Shown here: piece by piece, positions 52,267-64,000 of the stretch | Layout of the letters: each line of letters begins with the position of its first letter | Position numbering within the stretch: position 1 is the first letter of the stretch | Source of the DNA: Podarcis tiliguerta | Lineage: Eukaryota | Assembly: GCA_965153285.1 (NCBI GenBank) | Contig: OZ229110.1 | Strand: one strand, 5' to 3' | Length of the DNA stretch: 64,000 nucleotides | Made by a program: the position numbers and the translations under genes | The notes under the pieces: generated by a model | What the model was told of the DNA's origin: nothing | The model's input: the letters and a program-made list of their open reading frames with translations, nothing else | Database searches by the model: none

Positions 52267-52647
52267 GGGACACAGGTGGCACTGTGGTCTAAACCACTGA
52301 GCCTCTTGGGCTTGACAACCAGAAGGTTGGCAGTTCGAATCCCCGCAATGGGGTGAGCTCCCTTTGCTCTGTCCCAGCTCCTGCCAACCTAGCAGTTCGA
52401 AAGCACGCCAGTGCAAGTAGATAAAAAGGTACCACTGTGGTGGGAAAGTATATGGCGTTTCTGTGCACTCTGGTTTCTGTCACAGTGTTCCATTGTGCCA
52501 GAAGCGGTTTAGTCATGCTGGCCACATGACCCAGAAAGCTGTCTGCAGACAAAAGCCAGCTCCCTCGGCCTGAAAGCGAGATGAGTGCCACAACCCCATA
52601 GTTGCCCTTGACTGGACTTAACCGTCCAGGGATCCTTTACCTTTACC
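52267..52647 (+). mobile_element. Sauria SINE, full-length
   Basis: gggacacaggtggcactgtggtctaaacc...cctttacctttacc. TSD tactgca(ggga) at 52260 and 52648. Confidence 0.95.
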
Positions 52648-52987
52648 TACTGCAGGGAGTTTGCCAACATTTGTATTAACAATAACCCATAACTTGGCTA
52701 TTCTTTCAATACTAGTGTAATACCACCATGGCTTCTGGCATTACACTGGCACAAACAGTCAGTATGCACCAAACCATCTGAAGGACCTTTTGGTTGCTTC
52801 AAGAAGTCCTAGGGTCAGTGGTTCCCTTGCATTTGCTTTGATGTGGATCTAGAGTTTAAAGTCCTTCTTAGGCCAAATGCAGTTGCTTTAAAAGTAAATA
52901 GCTTGATAGACTTCCACTCTACTTTTGACCGTGTCCAATTTGTTCTCTTGGGGCCAAATCCTTTTTCAGGACTCCAATCAGCTAACA

Positions 52988-53019
52988 GAGACATCTAGTG
53001 GCTGAGTGACACATTGCAG
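52988..53019 (-). promoter_or_regulatory. Candidate CTCF binding site with upstream module
   Basis: The minus strand reads CTGCAATGTG-TCACT-CAGCCACTAGATGTCTC, which fits the TGCAGT upstream motif, a 5-nt spacer and the CCACTAGRKGGC-type core. Confidence 0.55.
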
Positions 53020-53179
53020 GGTGGTCAAAAGCCACAACTCTCCTAAAGAGTATTTTCAGTTTCCTTCATAGGTCCATCTATGGATAATGCATAAAAGTTA
53101 TGCATTTTAACATTTGTATTGTGATACTGTGTGTTTTGTTTTTAACTGTAGGTTGCAACTGTAAAAAACAATCACTAAT

Positions 53180-53380
53180 AACCAGGCAGAGGGCCTTCTC
53201 AGTAGCAGCACCCGTCCTGTGGAACGCCCTCCCATGTCAAGGAAATAAACAATTATCTGACTTTTAGAAGACATCTGAAGGCAGCCCTGTTTAGGGAAGT
53301 TCTTAATGTTTGGTTCTATTTTTAATATTCTGTTTGGAGCTGCCCAGAGTAGCTGGGGAAACCCAGCCAGATGAGTGGGG
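53180..53380 (+). mobile_element. L2 3' end
   Basis: accaggcagagggccttctc...tggaacgccctccc...agacatctgaaggcagccctgtttagggaag...cccagccagatg. Confidence 0.9.
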
Positions 53381-53450
53381 TATGTATGTATGTATGTATG
53401 TATGTATGTATAAATACATACATACAAACATACATACAAACATACATACA
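53381..53450. repeat. (TATG)n/(CATA)n compound inverted microsatellite
   Basis: A TATG run is followed by its reverse-complement CATA run. Confidence 0.9.
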
Positions 53451-55555
53451 ACTGATTATGTAAGTTCCTCTAATGTTTCTTTAGCTCATGACACTATCTT
53501 CAGTATTGGGCTGTGATTTGGGAATTTATTTCAGATGTAAAAGAGACAAATAAATCTTCAGCATGTGAAACTACCATTCAAACTTGTCTGAGAACGGGTA
53601 GCAAGTAACAATCCAAGACAACAGACCAAATTCCTGCATCCTATGGAGTGCTATCCTGAGACAGTAGAACCTGTCTCTGATTTAAAAAAACAACGTTGTG
53701 GCTGTTTTTAATTATTCTGGGTTTTTTAAAGTGGCCGAGGGTCATTATGCCAATACAGCACCATTTGCTTTCCATATCAGTGCCTATAAATAGCTGCAGC
53801 CAATTACACTGGGAGGAAAGGCACAGCTTTCAAATGATTGGTTTAATTTGCTTTTCCGGATGAGATGACTGCAGATCTAATTTTGCTTGGCATGCCATTA
53901 GAAATACTTGCCAGTTATCTTTCAGGGTGAGGAGGAGGAGAAAATTAATCTGCAGTTGGAAGTTTTGGTTTCTCCGTGAGCGTGAGTGTTTAAATTTGCA
54001 ACCCTGCTGTCCAGCAAAGTAAGAGATGTAAAACAACAACCACAACAATTCTTTTCTTGGGCCACACCATCCTAGCTCTTCAGCAGGCCTGGTGTCAGTG
54101 GTTGGTATGACTGAACATCTGCTGGGGCCCACACACCAGTAGAGGGGCTCATCATCAGCCAGAGTCCCCCACACCCAATTGACCAACCACTGATGTCACC
54201 GCTGCTTCCATTTCTGATGTCATTATTCTTGGTTGGGCTGCCTAGCTCCCCACATGTGCACTAGCTTCCAAACTGGAGACTTCAACCTGCCGCTCCATAT
54301 CCTGGTTCAGCTGCTCCACCAATAAGAGGCAATGACCATTTCCAACTAGGGGAATAAGAAAGTATTGGCAGCTTTCCCCTTTGGCTCAGCGCTGCATGGC
54401 CGCACCCAACCCCTCCCCTTGTTTTGTACTAAGCAAGTTTGGAAATTAAGGAGCTGATGGTGGTGATATTCAGTGCCCTATAACTGCTTAGGAAATATTT
54501 TCTCTTTTGGAAGGATGCGTGAAATACCTTTAAAAAAAGAAAAGAAAAAAGGCAGGGCTTTATTGTGGTTTTGCAACCAATTCAGCTTGCTGCAAATCCC
54601 TTAGACCAACAGTGAATTTAGCATTGCTACCATAGCTCGCCTAGGTTATTTAACAAGAAGCACGCTTAGGACACAATCTTGGAAAAGGAGCTTCAAATGT
54701 TCAAACACAGAATGTTTTCAGGTGATTGTGGGGCAGGATTGCAATCTGGAGCTCTGCCAAGCACGTTTGCTCCTGCAAGAATGGTAGCACAAGATTGTGC
54801 AATGCAGGTCTGTGTTTCATCATGCCTTTCAACTTTCTGTGGATACCTCTGTCTGCAACCTCATGAAATAAACTAACCAATGTGAAAATACACAATATGA
54901 AAAGAACTAAGCCTATCCAGCTCCACCAGCATTTCCTCAATGGGTTTGCATTCCAAACCCATGATCCTCTTCCTTGCTCACTACCTAACAACACTCTAAA
55001 TCTTCCCACTGTCTAAAGCTCAACTTGCAACTTGAAAAGTGGACACAAGAGAAACGTGAATGAATGAAAACCTTGCTGAGGCAGCAGCCAAGGTCATCCC
55101 AGTTCCTGAATCTCACACATTCTTTGCCTTAATTTATTTTTTTATCACACCACTTAATTGCAGTGGAGGTTGTTTATTGGCAGGATAGGCTGAACTTCAA
55201 AATGAGTGTATCGCAAAGGCAATTAAATGGGAAAGCGAAACATGCCAGATGAAGTGAGCACTGGAAAAAGTTCCTCGATGTAATTCCCACAGGGAAAGTG
55301 TGGGCTGCTCATTCAGTCTAATCTTTTCGCAGAATGTTTAATCACCAAATTCACAGCACAAGGAGTCTCAGCTCCTTCTCCCCCCACATCCTCCCCATCA
55401 GTCTGGTGGTTCCCAGGACTTAAAAGAGAAGTCACAAAAACCAACAAGATATTAGAAGCATTGAGAACAGAAATTCAAAATCCACATTAGGGCAATACCA
55501 AAATGCCCCCATTTAGGTCAGAATATGATTTATTGAATACAATGGGAATGAATCT

Positions 55556-55557
<2 letters not shown>

Positions 55558-55603
<46 letters not shown>
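55558..55603 (+). repeat. (CT)n microsatellite
   Basis: Dinucleotide run. Others include (GT)n at 49378-49404. Confidence 0.95.
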
Positions 55604-55608
<5 letters not shown>

Positions 55609-56599
55609 AGCAGTATTTTAGGGGTCTGTGTGGAGGGAAAGAATGAAGTTTGTGGCATTTGAGCTCAAAATAATTTAACTGCCAAGCATGGATTCCTCAT
55701 TGTTGAAAGGTCCTATTCCCATCCCTGCATCTATCTTGGCATTCTTCATCCTTTGTTCCCCAGGTGTTCCTGGACTACAGCTCCCATCATCCCTGACAAA
55801 GCTGGTTGGAGATGATGTGAGTTGTGGTCCAACAGCTTTTGAGGACCCAAGGCCGAAGTACAGTGATCTAGCTCATATTCTCAGAAAGCCCTTCACACAG
55901 ATTCAGCTTCATGGAAATCAGCCATATGCTTTTCCATAGACAAACCACAGCCATCACATTTGACCCATAATATTACTTGTAAGATCACAGCACCCCTTTA
56001 GAGGCTCTTTTTCTCTCCACCCCCCACATCTCCTCCATCAGACATGGTCTTTCCCATACTATCAAGCTTCTCCATCTGAAGTCTCTGAACCTTCACACTC
56101 CGTTTATGGCTTTTCATTGCAACAGATATATGTTTGTTGTCTGTGCTCACCATATTACAATAAGCCTGGGCTACTGGCTTATCATATTTTATTTTGAATG
56201 AGCTGTATAGTGGTTGATACTCGACTGTCATTCCTGCTTTGCTCCTTTCCTGGCATGAGTTGGAGAAATGAACCATGACACAGCTTGCCTTCCTTTTACA
56301 TTCATTTCCAGGAGCATGAATTCCTGCCCCCCCCCCCCCCATAACAAGCCAGGATCTGTAAGCCAAGGTTTAAGCCTCACAAGCCATTTTAGCTATTAGG
56401 GAGCAACAAACCATGATATAACAGGAAGTCAAGTGAAATTGTGGATTCCTGGTTTGTTGCTTCTGTTCACATCAGGGACAGACCGAAGGAGGAGTGTTCA
56501 GGAAGTGTGCACCAGTAATCAAGCTGCTCATGCATAAGAAGGCACAAGAAACCAGCAATCCTGGCTTTTTGTGACATATGAATGTGCCCATTTATATAC

Positions 56600-56780
56600 C
56601 AGGCACGTCCAACAGGTAGATTGTGATCTACCAGTAGATCACTGGACGTCTGCGGTAGATCACTGGCTCCCACCAAAGAAGCTCAACAACTTTGACCTGA
56701 ACCCCCCAACAAGGGGTAGATCACTGCCAGTTTTTAACTCTGTGAGTAGATTGCAGCCTCTTAGGAGTTGGCCACCCCTA
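56600..56780. mobile_element. hAT/Charlie-type MITE with internal gtagatcactg repeats
   Basis: TIRs caggcacgtccaac / gttggccaccccta. 8-bp flanks ttatatac / atataaac (6/8). Repeated GTAGATCAC motifs. Confidence 0.7.
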
Positions 56781-57829
56781 ATATAAACCATGTTTATTAG
56801 TTTTTCACAGACAGTTTCTGCACAGATCATCATTCTCTGCCTTTTACTCCTCAGCTGTTAAGTGAGCTGGACAAAACCAGAACATCATGGAAATGGATAT
56901 TTTAGCAATGTTACCAAGGGGCGTTGGGACCAATGAATGAAAGTTACAGCAGAGTTATATTGCTATTTGGTAACTCACTAAAGGGACAGATAAATAGAGA
57001 GTATACCACTGTGTACTGCTGGAGGCTACTTGAGGCTGGGGACCATATTTTTTATATTGTAGTTCTTAAACTGTGGTCTGCATTTTCAGAATGTCCCCGA
57101 AACCACAATGAAAATAACAGAAAAATGCTTAAGAGCCAGAGGTTTCTTTGAAGTTTCCATTATATACTGAAGCAGTGATCTACTTTACCTTGGGCGGGGT
57201 GTGTGGAGGGGAACCAACAGCAGCTTGACCATTTAGTAGTATTATGTTGCCACAGTAGAAAACTGAAATTCAAAGACACTCACACACCATCCCCACCTGT
57301 TTGGACAGTTCTGATCTGTGCGCACTTAATTAAATGATATATAATTAATTAAATGATATATAAATGTTTTTTGTTGGATTGTGTGCATAATGGATAGTAA
57401 AGTTATATGTTAATTTGGAAGCCACTGAAGCATCCCTTTTATGTGGTAGCTTTAAGATAGGAAAATATGGCCACTTGCAAAACAAACAAACAAAAACGAT
57501 CAAAGCAGAATAGTGGTGCTCAGGGCAGAAGAGTTAAGTGCAACAAACAGCTGATTCTGATGGATGGTGCTCAGTTGTAAAGCTTTCTTGAATGTGCCTT
57601 AACTCACTTGAACTAGCCGTGCTGGCTATGCTCTGCCTCCACAGTCAGAGGCCCTGATGCTTCTAAATACCAGTTGGCAGAATCCACAGGAGGAAAGAGC
57701 TCTCTTTTGCTTAGGTCCTGCTTGCAGGTTTCCCACAGGCATCTGATTGGCCACCGTGAGACGAGGATGCTGGACTAGAGGGGCCCTTGGCCTGATCCAG
57801 CAGACTCTCCTTATGCACCAGTATCTGGA

Positions 57830-57900
57830 GGCAGAGGTTGAGTGGATGAGAGCAAACAAATTAAAGCTGAATCCAGGAAGTCAAAGGTGATACCGGCAGT
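57830..57900 (+). mobile_element. L2 RT relic
   Basis: tggatgagagcaaacaaattaaagctgaatcca translates WMRANKLKLNP. Confidence 0.65.
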
Positions 57901-60900
57901 GAATCTTCAAGCCTCAGACAGAATGTGACACTTTTCCTATCTGAAGTGGCACATAGCCCAGGACTGTTCCTGGGCCCAGTTTTGCTTTTAGAGAAGCAGC
58001 AAGTAGTGACAGCGGCCTAAGGAGGTGGGAGAAATGTGTTTGCGTTATAATGCAAATTTACCAAATTTGCACTTCCAGTGCACACACTGAGACACAGCTC
58101 TCCTGTGAACTTCCCTGTTCTCCATATGCTTTGCTGTAGTTCTCCCCCTAAATAATGTGTGGAGGCATCAACAGTCCAATGTTTACTGGGTGAGAGAAGC
58201 ATAACATGTCATCCAAGAAAAACAAGAGAAGAACTGCGGGGGGGGGGGGGCAGCCCTATCCTGCATTAGAAGATGCAGGCAAAAACACCTACTATTTAGG
58301 TATGCTGGAATCAAGAGAGGTAATTTATTAAGTGAAACCCATCCATGTATTTCACTTGGGGCAGACACTGTCCATGAAGCCAGCTGCTTGCTAGATGGGT
58401 TGTGGTTGCTTATAATTTCACTTGAGACGGGTGTGTGGGAGGCTGCATTCTCTACGTGCCATTCCCTTCTACCTCTGAGGAGGCAGAAATTCAGAGCAGA
58501 AATCAGGAAACATCCTTTTCCTGTGGAATACTTGGTCAGATTAGCCTAGATTCAACATAACTCAGTGTCTCAGTCAATTGACGGCAACCGTGTTGGGCTG
58601 CTGCCCATGTGATGGATCCAATGACTCGGGAGTTTTGCCTACTGGTATATTTCTGGATGTATTCATGCATTGCCTTTTGGAAGCAAGAACTTCATTCTGG
58701 AAGGAACAGCAGAAGCAAATTTCTCCCCCCTCTAAAGTCATATTGCCCTTCTTCACTCCCATTTCAAATGAGAGCTGGTAGAAAGGTTGCTTAGAGTCTC
58801 AAGCCTGTCTAATATCTATGAGAAGTGTTAGCAAAAAGACTGGATATGTCCATCTAAGTGCTGGTTTGTGCAATGTTTGTCCTTATTACAGCTCCAGTAA
58901 GGAATCTTTCACTTGTGAGTTATTATTGTCCACTGTCATTCATTTCAGTGATTGGACTGCAAAAGCCTTTGAAGGACCTTCATTTTATCGAGAGGCTATA
59001 CCATGCATCCAGTATGCCAGTATTCAGTATTGCTTTCAAAGCTAAGGATTCTGGAAGCATTGCTTTATATACATGATACATAGCTGGTGAGCTATTCCAT
59101 TCTCATTCCAGTAGGAGTGAGTGGAGAGATGTTTTCTTTTGCCCAGACATTTTCTGCTGCCTCTGTTCTGTATCACACGGCAAGTCCAGGAGAAAGTCCA
59201 GCTGAGGAAATCACGAGTTGAATTGCTGTGGCCCCCATAGACTGCAACCCTCAGAAATAGCAGGCATTGAGATGTGATGTATCAAAAGCTGAGGGTAACA
59301 CAAAACAATATGAGAAGAGATTTACACCATGCACAGGGCAGGGATCCTTTCATCTTACCAAGTTCCAGCTTGCAGATTCCTCATTTATTGTATTCCAGAG
59401 CACTGCATCTCTGTTGCATTCGCTGGCAGCTCATTTCTAATATAATATTGAAAAAATGGGGTAGGTATGGGGAAATAATAAAACCTGGCATCATTGTGTA
59501 TCTGGAGTTTGGAATATACAGGGATCATGCAAGTAGCTGGATTAGCCTTTCTTGCATCTATGTTCTTACACAAAGAAGCCAGATGTCTACCTGGTGAAGG
59601 CAGTGGTGGTGGTGGGGGGGGAGGATTTAATAACTGCAATGAGAACCTTATGCCAAGACCTAAGTCTGCAGCAATTCTAGAACATGGATCCTGAGGGATG
59701 GCTCATGAGAGTTAAGACTGTGTTGTATCACCAGCTTCTGGCCAAATGAAGGGAACAGCAAAAGATTACCACACCTTTTTAAAAAAGCAAAAGCCCTCCA
59801 GGAGGGAGGAATTCAGAGAATGGAACTGTGGGGGGAGGACACTTATCACTTCCTTTACAGCTTTCACATAGTCCCTGCTTCCCTCATTTGTAAGGGGAAA
59901 CATGCATGTGAAACCCACAGGGTTTGTAAACAAGTGTGTGTGAAAATAAGAGGCAGGGAGAGTTAAGCAACCTTCTCTTTTGTCCACCACAACTTCTCTG
60001 ATCTAATTAACACCCACCTTAAAACGAGTGTCTGCAAGAAGCAAAACAAAAGCACCAGGGCACCGTGAAACACTTTACTGCATTACTGTAGCTTACCGCT
60101 AAGAAGGCACAGAACAAGCAATCCATGATGCTGCCATGCAGATTTGCCCTGACAAGATTATTGTGGGTTTTCGTAGGCTGCAGGGTGTAGACCATACATC
60201 CTGCGAGGGTGGAAGGTAAGTGCCTGAGGTATCCATAGAAATCAGACCAATGTTTGCAAGATGAGCACTAAAGATAACAAACCACCTTCTAGTTACCTGA
60301 ACCAACTTACTAGCATGCCCACTTATACATCACCAAAAAAGAGGGCAAAGGCAGACACAGATTTGCATTACATGTGTTTATGATAATTTACATCTCACCA
60401 TCATGAGGGAAACTGTGTGCCTGATCAGTTTTTCTGTCCCAGTGCTACTAACTGTTGATAGGCAACTTCAAGCCCCCCATCCTGATCTTCCTCCTGAGGG
60501 TTATTGACCATTAAACTGGACTTGGGCCAGACAACACTTCAAAAAAGAAAAAGAAAAGAAGAAAAGAAAGGGGGAAAAGAGGACACATTCAAAGAGAGGA
60601 CTGTCCTCTGACAGCCCTTAAATAGGGAATAGTCCTCTGAAGTATGACATGTGGCCACCCTAACCACAACACGTTTGGTGTCTCTCTGTGTGTATGGAGG
60701 GAGTAGATTTCCCATGGAGTCTGGGGAGACAACCAGCATTAGTATCTCTACCAGTCATTGGTTCTGGCTCCAGTTACTGTTGGTCTTCTAGCCTTCTGCC
60801 CTACCCATCCCAATGGGCACCAGCTGCCATTGGCAGTGGAAGTTAGTCCATTAGGGTAGTTCCCCATCAAGCTCAGTCTGCCCTCAGCCAGCCCCTACCT

Positions 60901-63900
60901 GCCTACCTCCTCTCTTACAAGCAGTCTAGCGGGTGAAGCTGACTCAGTCATCTATTCTTCCTGATCCTCCTTAGTCTCAATGTTGTCTTTGTGGGACTCA
61001 GGAGGGAAGTTAAAGATGATGAAACAAAAATGGGCAGGCTCTGCCTCTCATTGGCTCTCATTCTGCCAACAATTGCTTTGGCTCCTGCTGACCTCTCTGT
61101 CTGTCCTGATGGGGGCCAGCCTCCACTGTCTGCTGGTCATTGTCCACATGATTAAAACCAAATCCAGAGTCTTATGACTATGCCAGACCTTTGCCAAGGT
61201 GTCTTCTCCATTCCTAGGCCCCAGAATACTGTGATGAAAACACGGAGGGCCTGAAGGAGAGCAGCAAATGTTGACTCTTCCTCACCTACCCTTGTGCTCA
61301 GGCAGAGGTCAGCTGGTTAAAGGGAGGTCCCTTCGTCTCCTCCTTGTCTGTCTCCTACACAGCTGGTTTCTCGTTGAGGGTCCTTCCCTTCACACAGTGT
61401 CCCCTATGCGACCCCTTGGCAGGTTGGGGGAGTGAAGAGAAAAGGTATGTTAAGGGCTTCTCTGTTTCCAGCAGACCACCCAAAAGCACAACCAAGGAGG
61501 CTGGATAGGAGAATGATTTCTTACTTTCTTTTCCTCTTGTCCTGCCAAAAATCTCAGAAAGCACCAAACCTCTTTCTCTCCACCCCACCACATCAGAAAG
61601 CTCTCCCGCCTCCCCCACTCCCCTTTTTTTTGGCCTTATCCTGGCATGATATAGCAAAGGGCAACATTTCTCAAAGGGGACCCACAATCACTTTTATCTG
61701 ATGGCAGATTTAAAATTAAGAAAACAGGGAGGGGGAACGACACCAACAAAAGTTCTCATGATCTCATCATTTGATATGCAAATTCTGGGGAGGGGGTTGT
61801 GTGGTAGCCCATCTTACCGCCAAGGAGCGGAAGTCATTTGTCAGCTTCATTGCCATTTCGTCTAGCAAAAAAGAGAGAGAGAGAGACAGAGAGGGTGCCT
61901 ATAAAATGTGGCGACACTCCCCGCCTGAGATGAAACAATATTCTGAAAGAGACATTTCATTCAAATGCAGTCTTAATAGGTGTGGTCTAGCTGCAGCCAG
62001 ATGCAGAAGAGAATTTGATTGGCTGGGGCTAGGCGCAGGGGTTTGGATGGAATGACCTCAGCCTTCTGATTCTAAAATAATGTTGCTTTGGAATTTAAGG
62101 GAATCAAGGAAGTAGGGATAAAAAGAATGAATGTTTATTGTGTGCCAGGAAAGACTCCCAACCCATCCATCTGTTCCACTTTGCTGGGTCACACAATGAA
62201 TGTCCAAAATTTTTGGTGAATGTTGAATTGATGCCCACATGGGAATACTGACAAACCCAGATGTATAACCAGAATGTTTAGATATACTGTATATACTGGC
62301 CAATTTTTCTGACATGCACCAATGAATGCTGACGGTGGCATTTAGGCAATATCTTTGAGTCTGTGGACATTCATAACATTTGTCCACCAGGGATTGTCAA
62401 CATTCCTTTATGAGTATCAACTGTTACCAAATCTCAGACATTCAGTGAAATATAATATATTTTGTGTGTGTGTGTGTGTGTAACATCATCAGGATAAATG
62501 CCATCATTCTTACATACTAATGGAATGTGAATAAGACCATCAGTGGCTATACAACGGCTCTGTCCTTGCCTCTGAACACCAGTTGCTGGGAGTGGGGACA
62601 GTGCTTTTGCACTCAGGTCCTGCTTGGGGGTTCCCCATAGGCCTCTGGTTGGCCAATGAGAACAGAACACTGGACGAGAAGGGTCAATGGCTCCAGGACC
62701 TGCTGAGCACCTCACTGCATAGATTCTCAACATAGCCAGAGACTGCAACCCACAGAGTAGAAGCCTTTTGTGATGGACTCCCAAGTGTCTGGCTGGCATG
62801 CTAGGAAGTTGTTGGAACCTCTAGCACACAAGCTGGCTTGAGTTTGGCTGCCTACATATCACATCTTTGAAAAAGGAAATGCATCACCAAGAGAGATGAC
62901 AAAGGAAGACAGAGAGTTGCATAAAATTTGCACATTTCAATTTAAATGTATAACTGCAACTGTAGAAATAATTGCTAGTATTTAAACAGAAATACAATGC
63001 ATCTCACCACCTGGGTGGGGGAAGCTTTGTGCCTGGTGCAAATAATTGATGGGTAAAGGCCCCCATTCCTGCATTTAAGTTTTCTTGATCTTTAAATGAG
63101 GCATGGACTAGGCAGCCCCTTGAAAGAGAGGGCACTTTCAAGCAGAGGATTGTGCTCTGTAAAGCAGAACACATGGTCACCCTGGTGGACAACCTACACT
63201 CCTCACTTTGATTTTAGGCAGCCCCCAGCCTAATTAAATGGGGGATTCTGGTTACTTTTGGCTCTGACCCCACTCAGCACTGCCTGTTGAGGCCCCTACG
63301 TACTACCACTGCAGCTCCCAGTAGACTACCCAAAATAGAAGGAGACCCTCGACAGGAAAAAAAAAAAGCTCCCCGCGCTTGCTCTAGCACAAAAGTAGAT
63401 CTTCTTTCTTTGAGTATCTGGTCTATCTATCTTTAATATTATACAGGTGAATCCCTCTGTGCATATGTCTTCTTTGAAAAGACAGAGCAATGTTATGTGA
63501 ATGTAAAATCAACGGTCAGAAGCATAACAAATTAGTCATTTCTCTGGCACTCTTCAGCGCACAATTAGAAGTCTTACATCATGTGTCCTCTCTATAGTCT
63601 TCTGACTGAGGTTGAGAAATAGTGACTGCCCAGGACCACCCAGTGAGTTCCATGGATGATCTCACTTGAACTGGGTTTCCCAAGCCTGACATGATTTGAG
63701 TGTCCCATTTCAGCATACCAGCCATCATACTGGCCTAAATAAACCAGTACCGTCATCGGGGTGTGACTACAGAGTGTCTAAGCGAGCCAGTGGAGGTGTG
63801 TGGCAATAGTAATCCCAGTGATCAGGATATAGATTCAAGGCTATTAACACTATCCCCACCCTCCTACTTATAAAGACTACACTGACATGAAATTCTTCTC

Positions 63901-64000
63901 ATCCCACAGATCAGAAAGGGACCTGCCCTTTTTATCTACCCTGCTGGAGTTAGAATCAACAGTCATCTCTACAAGTCAACATTGAAGCTGTGAGCTTGGA

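Noticed and set aside
56600-56780. Spaced GTAGATCACTG repeats as a CRISPR-like array
   Set aside because: The repeats are short and irregularly spaced, lie inside a TIR/TSD-bounded MITE, and the DNA is vertebrate.
62058-62430. Possible old L1/Tx1 ORF2 zinc-knuckle relic (CYECPQTQRY)
   Set aside because: The resemblance is too weak to call without a profile search.

Overview
Vertebrate nuclear DNA, most likely a squamate and probably a lacertid lizard. The basis is the Sauria/Squam1 SINEs, Bov-B LINEs with (CAA)n tails, and squamate-type CR1/L2 3' ends, all recognised from memory rather than by database search. The window is intergenic or deep intronic. I found no intact host protein-coding gene: nearly all ORFs in the track are chance ORFs or transposon remnants. 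Repeats dominate: Bov-B and a second RTE LINE, L2, CR1, Penelope-like elements, four Sauria SINEs, tRNA-derived SINEs, Tc1/pogo-type and hAT-type MITEs, and microsatellites. There are two N gaps. The most notable non-TE item is a decayed WASHC4 (SWIP/KIAA1033) retrocopy at ~41.38-42.47 kb. It is split by an L2 insertion and appears semi-processed: upstream introns are spliced out, one ~99-bp intron-like segment is kept, and it ends in intron-like sequence. Also notable are hammerhead-ribozyme motifs in the Penelope pseudo-LTRs, several nested insertions with readable TSDs that give a relative TE chronology, two short templated inverted duplications, a CTCF-like site with its upstream module, and several repeat-free, motif-rich blocks that may be enhancers. 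I see no convincing evidence of a wholly new multi-gene system.
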